A DNA stretch of 64,000 nt, from the IMG/VR virus record IMGVR_UViG_3300017767_000001, positions 1 to 64,000 of that record. One strand, given 5' to 3'. The notes below the pieces were generated by a model. That model was not told the origin of the DNA, ran no database searches, and saw nothing but the letters and a program-made list of their open reading frames with translations. Shown here piece by piece: positions 56,361-64,000 of this stretch. This DNA is from an uncultured virus (IMG/VR IMGVR_UViG_3300017767_000001) (lineage: Duplodnaviria > Heunggongvirae > Uroviricota > Caudoviricetes). The position numbers were made by a program, and so were the translations under genes. Each line of letters starts with the position of its first letter. The first letter of the stretch is position 1.

Positions 56361-58409
56361 ATGTATTTAGACGATTGTCGATTAAAAGGTGTTGTGAACC
56401 TAGTCCTTCGTGATGCAGACGGAAAGGTAAAGCAACATAAAACCATACGAAATAAAGTAACTCGTGCAGGTATCGCTCATATTATCGGTCGAATGATTGA
56501 TGATGGGCAAGATCGTGGAGGTTTACATAAGATGCCCCGAATGATGAGCCACATGGCAATCGGAATCGGAGCCGCCGCACGAAACGATCAAAATACTTAC
56601 GAAGCATTAGATTTTGATTCTTTGCCGAACAATATTCCCGGAGTAACAGATACTGGTTTCAATGTTAGTACTGCTCCTACAGTGTCTTCTCGAAAAAGAG
56701 CAGCGATTCCCGCATCTTATGATAAAATGCTTCAAGATGAAAGAGGGTTTCGAGTTCAACTAATGAAAGACACTACTCTTGCCACTGATTATGCTACTTT
56801 ACAAAATCAAGCACTAGCACAAGCAACTGATGCAAATAGTGCCGCAGTTCCTATGCATGCAACAGAAAACGGAAAAAGTGTTATTCGATTCGAAACAGGA
56901 AGCGGAGGAAACCCAAGTACTTTAAGTAAGCTTCGTGTAGGCCTACAAATTAGTGGTATTGCTGCTACAAGTGATGGGTCTACTCCTAACTCTAATGCTA
57001 CTTCGGCTCAGCTTGCTAGTCCCTTAAAGATTGAAGCAATTGAAACAGGTATTACAGAAAGCTCTTCAGCGAGTAAAATTACTTTGAACGGAGCACTTCC
57101 TGGTAGTCATACTCCTGCAAGTAATTCTACAAAAGTTAATCTTGATATAGACTATGTAGATCGTATTTCTTTGACTACTTATAGCACCAATTCTTTAATG
57201 CCAAATCATCCCACAACTGAGAGTGTGAAGTCAGTTTTTCAACCTAATGGAACTACTACTACAACCAATCCGGGTATTATGGGGCCTTTTGGAGCAGCTC
57301 AAGCACGAGGTAATACTTTTACCTCAACAAGTCCTTATAAAGAAAATGGAAAAGGACTGCTTGGTATTACTCGCGGTCAGATTGGTGCTTTTTATGAAAG
57401 AGAAATCGAGTATAATATCGAATTACTTAATACAGATGGTAACGGACTTCCACTAACTACTGGTTTTGGAACTTCCGGTATCGTGACTACTGTAGATGAA
57501 GCAGCCTTTGCAGTTTTAGATGGAACTACTTCAGCTGACTCAACTTCTATAGCAAGATTTCCTTTCTTAGGAGCTGAGGAGGACAAGCCTTCAGGAACGA
57601 CCGGAGTTATTGGAGCAACATCTACAACAAATAATCCAACTAAACGAGGAACAGAGTTTGTTCAATTTGGAACAGCAGTAGACGGTATCTTCCAAGGAGC
57701 CTTAATAGGTTCTAGCATTATTGCAGACGGCAAAAACACACTACCAGAAGGGTACCCCGAAGAAGAAAATGATTATGGTCAAATTGGGGGTCTAACAGTA
57801 ACTGGAACAGGAGGTGAAGCTATTGCTAGATATAATACTGCAGTAAAAGATTTTGTAAAGTATAATCCTGTAGCTTCTTATGCGCCCAATGCTGTTGCTG
57901 GTGCAAAGAAAAATGGTGACAGAATTGTATATGTTGCTACTTTTAAAGAGAATAACCCTCGCCCAGAAGTAGACTATAAAAAGATTCATCAAACTTCAAA
58001 TGATGTAACGAGAGCTCCTCAAAATCGAGTTTATCCGATTACTGAGGCAGGAATCTTTAATAAGCATAGAGCAGACCTAGGTATTTTTGATGTTGCCGAC
58101 CGCGCGTACACTACTCCAACTGATTCAGTTATAAATGAACTGGCTCATATTGATTCTAGAACTGCATTAGTATCTCCCACTAGCGGAACTCAACTTACTC
58201 TTACTGCAAATGGAGATACTAATATTGGTCCTGTAGAGGGAGTTTTGACTTCTCAAGGTAAAAGCATTTCAGCACACGCGTACGGTTTTACTCAAGGGCC
58301 TATTACGCAAACTATGCTTTGCCGTACAACTTTTGACCCTGTAAACAAAGCAACAGCAGATACTCTGCAAATTACTTGGTCTGTACAGCTACAGGACAGT
58401 ACTATATAA
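56361..58409 (+). CDS. tail-collar/fibre-anchor-like virion protein with large insertions
   Basis: N.VT..G...I..RM..MAIG.G ... ITEAGIFN ... ML.RT.F..VNK...DTL.ITW. Confidence 0.65.
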   Translation: MYLDDCRLKGVVNLVLRDADGKVKQHKTIRNKVTRAGIAHIIGRMIDDGQDRGGLHKMPRMMSHMAIGIGAAARNDQNTYEALDFDSLPNNIPGVTDTGFNVSTAPTVSSRKRAAIPASYDKMLQDERGFRVQLMKDTTLATDYATLQNQALAQATDANSAAVPMHATENGKSVIRFETGSGGNPSTLSKLRVGLQISGIAATSDGSTPNSNATSAQLASPLKIEAIETGITESSSASKITLNGALPGSHTPASNSTKVNLDIDYVDRISLTTYSTNSLMPNHPTTESVKSVFQPNGTTTTTNPGIMGPFGAAQARGNTFTSTSPYKENGKGLLGITRGQIGAFYEREIEYNIELLNTDGNGLPLTTGFGTSGIVTTVDEAAFAVLDGTTSADSTSIARFPFLGAEEDKPSGTTGVIGATSTTNNPTKRGTEFVQFGTAVDGIFQGALIGSSIIADGKNTLPEGYPEEENDYGQIGGLTVTGTGGEAIARYNTAVKDFVKYNPVASYAPNAVAGAKKNGDRIVYVATFKENNPRPEVDYKKIHQTSNDVTRAPQNRVYPITEAGIFNKHRADLGIFDVADRAYTTPTDSVINELAHIDSRTALVSPTSGTQLTLTANGDTNIGPVEGVLTSQGKSISAHAYGFTQGPITQTMLCRTTFDPVNKATADTLQITWSVQLQDSTI

Positions 58410-58414
58410 TTTAG

Positions 58415-60271
58415 ATGGCTCATTCTCGTACATCTCCCTCATTGCCAGTACCTGCTTACGCAGATCCTGCTGATCAATACTCCATTCCGGTCCTCCGGAA
58501 TGGAATTCAGTATATCTATGATAAACAGGGCGGGGCATTTGGTACGGGCGAGTGGGAGGCACAAGTTAGTAAAAATGTAACTGTTGTTACAAAAGTTACT
58601 GACCAGTCGTACGAGCATGAAAATAATCAAACTACAGCAGTTCCTCATAAACCGAACGAAGAACTGCTTACAATACCTGAAATTGATACAAATTTTACTT
58701 CTCTTAAGAAAGGTCTTGTAGGTCTTGAAAAAGAGCTAAAATATTTTGCACACGACTTAGATGTAAAGATAGGAACTGCTCAAGGAGCTGCAAATGCTGC
58801 TGGCACTACAGCAAATAGTGCAGTTGCTAGTAAAATGTCAATATCGGGGGGTACTTTTTTAGGCCCTATACAGTTAAGTGGAGGAGTAGCTATCCCCTTA
58901 GGGGATAATAGCCAGTATTTTGTACACAGTAATTGGGTACAGACAGAGCTACAAAGTTTGAGTGTAGATTTAGCTCCACGCACTGGTCTCACAAAAAATT
59001 TAGGAAGTAGTTCCAATGCTTGGAATAATTTGCATATTAAAGGTGATATTCTTCCTGTAGGAACTATAAGTAGTACTTTTAAAGATGATAATGATAACAC
59101 AATTAGTGTTCGTCCAGCAAATCTTGGAAGCCAAAATCAAGCATTCGATAAATTATTTGTAAAAGATGCAGTATTTTCTGGTAATACAATCACAATTGGA
59201 GAAGCTTCTTTATCTTCAACTTCTGGGGGCGGAGTTCTTTTACCCTTAAATAGTTCCGTAGGAACAGAAGATAATGAAATTCCTGCAAACTTTGCTAACA
59301 CTCTTATAGAGGAAAGATTTGCTGAAAATGCTACAGAGGTTTTAAGAAAAAATTTCCAAGTATCCGGGCAAGTTTCTTTCTTGGACCCAGTAAAATTATT
59401 TTCAAATGGAACAGTAGGAATTGTAAATGCTACAAACGGAACTGAAGGTTTTGTAGGATTTGCTGCGGCAGGAGCAACTGCTCCTAACAGTGTTCCAGTA
59501 GCTATACACGGACTTGTAAATGGTTTTTCAAATCTTACCTCTGGCAGTCTTGTATACTTAAATAATTCTGGTGGAGTTACTCAAACAAAAAGTAGTACAA
59601 CCATAAAAATAGGTGTAGCAACTTCTACTACTGAAATATTTTTATTTAGTAGCTCTTCTATAGATACTTATGTATTAAATGAGTTAAAAATAGATAGATC
59701 AGATTTGTCTGTTATTAACTCCACCCCTTCAGGAAATGGCGTTCTAAACTATAATAGTTTTACTGGGGTTTTCTCTATGACATTTCCTGACTTGAGCACT
59801 TTTGCTACTCAAACTTTTGTTAATAATCAAATAAATACTTTAGTAGATGGAGCTCCAGGAACTTTAGATACTTTAAATGAGCTAGCAGCTGCACTTAATG
59901 ATAATGAAAATTTTGCAAGTTCTATAACTCAAAGTTTGGTATTGAAGGCTCCTTTGTCTAACCCTGCTTTTACAGGGGTCCCCACTGCACCTACCCCTGC
60001 TACAACAAGTAATGATACTACAGTAGCAACAACTGCGTTTGTTAAACAGCAAGCAGGTTCTCAAACTTTAGGCGGACTAACAGATGTAACAATAACTAGC
60101 CCACAGCAAAATCAAGTAATCGCATATGATAGTTCTACTAACGCTTTTCGTAACGTAAATCAATCAGGAGTTGGTGGTGCTGGAGGTACTGTAAATTTTG
60201 TAGTTGATGGGGGTACTGCTACAAGCGTATCTAGTGATGTAATAATATTTCTTGATGGGGGCTCTGCATAA
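58415..60271 (+). CDS. tail fibre protein
   Basis: GAPGTLDTLNELAAALND, P.FTGVPTAPT, VATTAFV fibre motifs. Confidence 0.85.
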   Translation: MAHSRTSPSLPVPAYADPADQYSIPVLRNGIQYIYDKQGGAFGTGEWEAQVSKNVTVVTKVTDQSYEHENNQTTAVPHKPNEELLTIPEIDTNFTSLKKGLVGLEKELKYFAHDLDVKIGTAQGAANAAGTTANSAVASKMSISGGTFLGPIQLSGGVAIPLGDNSQYFVHSNWVQTELQSLSVDLAPRTGLTKNLGSSSNAWNNLHIKGDILPVGTISSTFKDDNDNTISVRPANLGSQNQAFDKLFVKDAVFSGNTITIGEASLSSTSGGGVLLPLNSSVGTEDNEIPANFANTLIEERFAENATEVLRKNFQVSGQVSFLDPVKLFSNGTVGIVNATNGTEGFVGFAAAGATAPNSVPVAIHGLVNGFSNLTSGSLVYLNNSGGVTQTKSSTTIKIGVATSTTEIFLFSSSSIDTYVLNELKIDRSDLSVINSTPSGNGVLNYNSFTGVFSMTFPDLSTFATQTFVNNQINTLVDGAPGTLDTLNELAAALNDNENFASSITQSLVLKAPLSNPAFTGVPTAPTPATTSNDTTVATTAFVKQQAGSQTLGGLTDVTITSPQQNQVIAYDSSTNAFRNVNQSGVGGAGGTVNFVVDGGTATSVSSDVIIFLDGGSA

Positions 60272-63168
60272 TGGTAGCACGAATACAAATAAGACGGGAC
60301 ACTTCAGCAGACTGGACTAGTACTAACCCTACTTTGAGCCAAGGCGAGCTAGGGTATGAAACTAATACTGATAAGTTTAAAATAGGTGATGGAGCAACTA
60401 CTTGGAATAATTTAGGGTATGTAATTTATACTCCCTCTTTTTCAGATATATTAAATAAACCTACCACGGTAGCCGGGTATGGTATTACAGATGCTCTTAC
60501 AAGCGTAGCTTTTAATCAACTTACAGCAAAACCTACAACGGTAGCCGGGTATGGTATTACAGATGCTCTTACAAGCGTAGCTTTTAGTGACTTAACTTCT
60601 ACTCCTAATACCCTATCTGGTTATGGTATTGTTGATGCTTTTAGCGGGGCTTTTTCTGCTTTAACAAATAAACCTAATACTATAGCAGGATATGGTATTA
60701 CAGATGCTTTTAATGGAACTTTTAGCGCTCTTACAGGTAAGCCAACAACGGTAGCTGGATATGGTATTACAGATGCTTTTGATGGAGCATTTAGTTCACT
60801 TACAAATAAGCCAACTACAATAATTGGATATGGTATTACAGATGCTTTTAATGGAACCTTTAGTGCTCTTACAGGTACGCCAACAACAATTGCAGGGTAT
60901 GGTATTACAGATGCTTTTAATGGAACCTTTAGTGCTCTTACAGGAAAACCCACCACTCTAGCAGGATACTCTATTTCAGATGCTGCTCCTATTGCTTCCC
61001 CTAGTTTTACAGGAGTTCCTGCAGCGCCTACTCCCGCACTTGCAACAAATACTACTCAGCTTGCAACCACAGCATTTGTAACTAGTAAAGTACAAGAAGC
61101 AGTAGGAACGTCTCAAAAAATATATTTTCAAGATAATGCTCCTACTTCTTTCTCCGCATTTGATGAAATTTGGATAGATACTAATTCCGGAGCATTATAC
61201 AAACAGGTAGCAGGAACAACAATAGCTCCCTTAGATAGTAGATTTGTTTCAAATTCTTCTAGTAGTATTACAATTCCTGCTCAAGGAGCTTCAGATACCA
61301 GATTAGTTCTTTCTACAGGACTGCCAACGGGAACTGTAGATATAGACCCTCCTTTATTTTTAGAAGCATTTAGTAGTACAGGAGTAAACGTCCCAACAAT
61401 TGGAGTAGTTACCTACCACGATAATACTACACAATCGGTAAATCAAAATTCTTTTACACGTTCATCCGGTAACGCATTTGATAAGAAAGTAAAAAGTTTT
61501 ACATATACATCAGAAGGAACTTCAAACTCTAGTACTTCTCATATTACTTTGACTGTTTCGGGGGTTCCTGAGTGGCAAATACAAGAGTCTCATGTACAAG
61601 CAAAAATAGATGCAATAATTGACTCTGCTCCCGGAGCTCTCGATACTCTAAATGAATTAGCCGCAGCAATAAATGATGATGCTAGTTTTGCTTCAACAGT
61701 TACTAATAATCTTTCTTTAAAAGCACCTCTAGCATCCCCAGCACTCACAGGAACACCAACAGCCCCTACAGCAACAGCAGGTACAAATAGTACTCAAATT
61801 GCAACAACTGCTTTTGTAAATAATAAAATTGAATTAACTGATTTAAGTGTTACACAAAACTCATCCTCTGGAACAGGGGCTTTAAGTTATAACAATTCTA
61901 CAGGTGTATTTTCGTACACTCCCCCTGCAAGCGTAAATTTTGCAAACCTTACAGGTAAACCTACTACAGTATCAGGGTACGGTATTACTGATGCACTTAC
62001 TACAGGTGCAGATGCAGATATTGGTAGTAATGATTTTATTACTACAGGCAAAGTTTATTTTGCAAATATGTTTTCACAGGTTGCAAATCTTCCTAGTGCT
62101 ACTACATATCATGGTATGTTTGCTCATGTACATGCTACAGGTGCTGCTTATTTTGCTCATGGAGGTAATTGGGTACGGCTAGCAAATCAATCAGAAGTAT
62201 TTAGTGGTGCATTTAGCTCACTTACAGGCAGGCCGACTACTCTTACAGGGTATGGTATTACAGATGCTGCACCTTTAGCTAGTCCAACTTTTACAGGAAC
62301 GCCTTCAGGGCCTACAGCTACTAGCGGTACAAACACAACTCAGTTTGCAACAACAGCTTTTGTTCAATCAGCAATATCAGGATTTAGTGCTGGAGCAAAT
62401 GTATCTGTATCTGGTAGCGCTCCTAGTAGTCCTTCTGCAGGAGATTTATGGTTTGATGACGATGCTCTTGTACTTTATGTTTATTATGCGGATGGAAGCT
62501 CAAACCAGTGGGTACAAACTAACCCAAGTTCTGTAGACCCAAGTGGTTTTGATGGGGCATTTAGTAGTTTATCGGGCAAGCCCACTACTCTTACAGGGTA
62601 TGGTATTACAGATGCAGCAGCGGCAAACTCTCCTACGTTTACAGGAACACCCGTTGCTCCCACAGCAAGCAGTGGAACAAATACTACTCAGCTTGCAACT
62701 ACAGCATTTGTACAACAAGAAGTATCTTCAGCAGGAGGGTATAATAATGCAAATGTAGATACTCACCTAAATAGAGGTACAGCAAACACAGGAGAGATAT
62801 TAAGTTATAATGGTAGTGATTATGACTGGATAGCACAACAAACACAAGAATTTATTAAAGCATATCGCTTTAATGATACTTTAGCAACGAATACTGGGAC
62901 TAAAAGATTATATCTACAAAAGGGATATAGCTTGAAAAAAGTTCATGCTTATGTTGACACTGCCCCAGCAGGTTCAAATGTAAATTTAACTATAAAAAAG
63001 AATGGATCAAATTTACAAAATATAAGTGTTTTAGCGGGACAAACAACTGCTAGCTTAACTTCTTTGTCTCATTCGATTACTGCAAATGACTATTTAACAA
63101 TTGATATAACTCAGGTAGGCTCTTCAACAGCGGGCGAAAATTTATACCTAGTGTTTACATTTAACTAA
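60271..63168 (+). CDS. tail fibre protein with Mtd/hyaluronidase-like N-terminus
   Basis: IQIRRDT...W...NP.L..GELGYET.T.KFKIGDG; KPTT.AGYGITDA repeats. Confidence 0.88.
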   Translation: MVARIQIRRDTSADWTSTNPTLSQGELGYETNTDKFKIGDGATTWNNLGYVIYTPSFSDILNKPTTVAGYGITDALTSVAFNQLTAKPTTVAGYGITDALTSVAFSDLTSTPNTLSGYGIVDAFSGAFSALTNKPNTIAGYGITDAFNGTFSALTGKPTTVAGYGITDAFDGAFSSLTNKPTTIIGYGITDAFNGTFSALTGTPTTIAGYGITDAFNGTFSALTGKPTTLAGYSISDAAPIASPSFTGVPAAPTPALATNTTQLATTAFVTSKVQEAVGTSQKIYFQDNAPTSFSAFDEIWIDTNSGALYKQVAGTTIAPLDSRFVSNSSSSITIPAQGASDTRLVLSTGLPTGTVDIDPPLFLEAFSSTGVNVPTIGVVTYHDNTTQSVNQNSFTRSSGNAFDKKVKSFTYTSEGTSNSSTSHITLTVSGVPEWQIQESHVQAKIDAIIDSAPGALDTLNELAAAINDDASFASTVTNNLSLKAPLASPALTGTPTAPTATAGTNSTQIATTAFVNNKIELTDLSVTQNSSSGTGALSYNNSTGVFSYTPPASVNFANLTGKPTTVSGYGITDALTTGADADIGSNDFITTGKVYFANMFSQVANLPSATTYHGMFAHVHATGAAYFAHGGNWVRLANQSEVFSGAFSSLTGRPTTLTGYGITDAAPLASPTFTGTPSGPTATSGTNTTQFATTAFVQSAISGFSAGANVSVSGSAPSSPSAGDLWFDDDALVLYVYYADGSSNQWVQTNPSSVDPSGFDGAFSSLSGKPTTLTGYGITDAAAANSPTFTGTPVAPTASSGTNTTQLATTAFVQQEVSSAGGYNNANVDTHLNRGTANTGEILSYNGSDYDWIAQQTQEFIKAYRFNDTLATNTGTKRLYLQKGYSLKKVHAYVDTAPAGSNVNLTIKKNGSNLQNISVLAGQTTASLTSLSHSITANDYLTIDITQVGSSTAGENLYLVFTFN
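60455..60985 (+). repeat. tandem ~60-66 nt repeats encoding KPTTxxGYGITDA
   Basis: GGTATTACAGATGCT recurs through this span, with further copies near 61980, 62250 and 62600. Confidence 0.9.
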
Positions 63169-63179
63169 GGAGAAAATAT

Positions 63180-64000
63180 ATGTATGCTAAATTAGTATTC
63201 CCCGGCGACACCAAAACAGGGGAGCAGGTTAGGGACATTGTAAGGCTAATTACAAGCTCTACATCAAGTACTGCAAGCCTTTCAGGACTTGAGTTTATTA
63301 CAACCGCACAATCTACAGTATCAGGCGGAAATAGCGGATGGAGTTTACACTCTAGTTCGCCTTCTATTCCAAGTTCGGGGACCGCTGTAAGTGCAGCAGA
63401 CTCAAACTTTACACTAGAAGCTCCGTGTGTAACGAGTGGAAAGACAAAGTACTGCAGTATTCATGTAAATGGAAGCTGGACTCATGCGGCTGCAACTCAT
63501 ACTGGAGATGACTTTGCATTTACAGTGGCAAGTATTATAGATCCTGGTGCTGCTACCGAATTGATCAGTAATGGCTATAGTGGTACGAGTTCTAGTTATG
63601 GCGAAAACTATGGAATCTGCGGAAATACAGAGCATTCAGATCAAGGAATTCACATCTTTGCAGATAACCGAAGAATTATTATTCATGGAAAAGATGGAAA
63701 AAACCATACTGTAACATTAATTAATGGAGAATTTGCTGAAACCGATACCACAACTCGATATACTCTTGTTCCTCAAGCTCAAATGTGTTTAAGTAGTATG
63801 TATCATATTTCAGATCTAAGAAATGTTAGTTATCGAGGAGATACTTATACTCCTTGGGACGGCTTTAGCTATACAGTTCCTTTTATTAGCTTTTTAGAGT
63901 CAATGTACTCTTATCAAAGTGGTTGGACTGGAAAAATAAGATTTACAGGGTGGCATCAATACAACGATAGAGCTAGCTACGGTGGAAAATGCCGTTATCG
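63180..64000 (+). CDS. virion-region protein, partial (runs off right edge)
   Basis: AAGGAG RBS, MYAKLVFPGDTKTGEQVRDIVRLIT... Confidence 0.65.
   Translation, partial: MYAKLVFPGDTKTGEQVRDIVRLITSSTSSTASLSGLEFITTAQSTVSGGNSGWSLHSSSPSIPSSGTAVSAADSNFTLEAPCVTSGKTKYCSIHVNGSWTHAAATHTGDDFAFTVASIIDPGAATELISNGYSGTSSSYGENYGICGNTEHSDQGIHIFADNRRIIIHGKDGKNHTVTLINGEFAETDTTTRYTLVPQAQMCLSSMYHISDLRNVSYRGDTYTPWDGFSYTVPFISFLESMYSYQSGWTGKIRFTGWHQYNDRASYGGKCRY

Noticed and set aside
60271..63168. Diversity-generating retroelement suggested by the Mtd-like N-terminus
   Set aside because: No reverse transcriptase or TR/VR pair with adenine-specific differences in the window; this N-terminal domain is common in fibres.
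1..64000. tRNA cluster typical of T5-like phages
   Set aside because: No cloverleaf with T-loop and CCA was seen by eye; tRNAscan-SE or ARAGORN would be decisive.

Overview
This window is a 64-kb piece of a lytic, T5-related (Demerecviridae-like) siphophage genome, probably aquatic or marine. The IscU sequence and the parS, IHF and Fur-type motifs suggest a gammaproteobacterial host. 1-13.5 kb holds mostly leftward early genes behind near-consensus sigma70 promoters: T5-like D5, split NAD-dependent ligase, PC4-like protein, D3, D2, lysozyme, IscU, M15 peptidase, Hsp20, ribosomal protein bS21, a MazG-like NTPase and A2-like DNA-binding proteins. This part also has two long promoter-to-terminator intervals without a credible ORF that fold extensively (about 9.48-9.81 kb on +, about 10.73-11.29 kb on -). 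13.5-16.4 kb looks like the pre-early/first-step-transfer block: a GC-richer leftward operon (A2-like, dmp, PPK2). It is flanked on one side by a tandem promoter array ending in an IHF site plus a bacterial parS palindrome, and on the other by GC-rich palindromes and a Fur-box-like site. 16.4-64 kb is the rightward late region: DNA methylase, receptor-binding-like protein, TerS, small basic proteins, spanins, TerL, HNH, portal, fused protease-capsid, neck and tail genes, tape measure, a lambda-type M/L/K/I/J tail tip with collagen repeats, a 2OG-Fe(II) oxygenase and several tail fibres. No tRNA, CRISPR array, integrase or reverse transcriptase was seen. All calls come from reading motifs; no searches were run.
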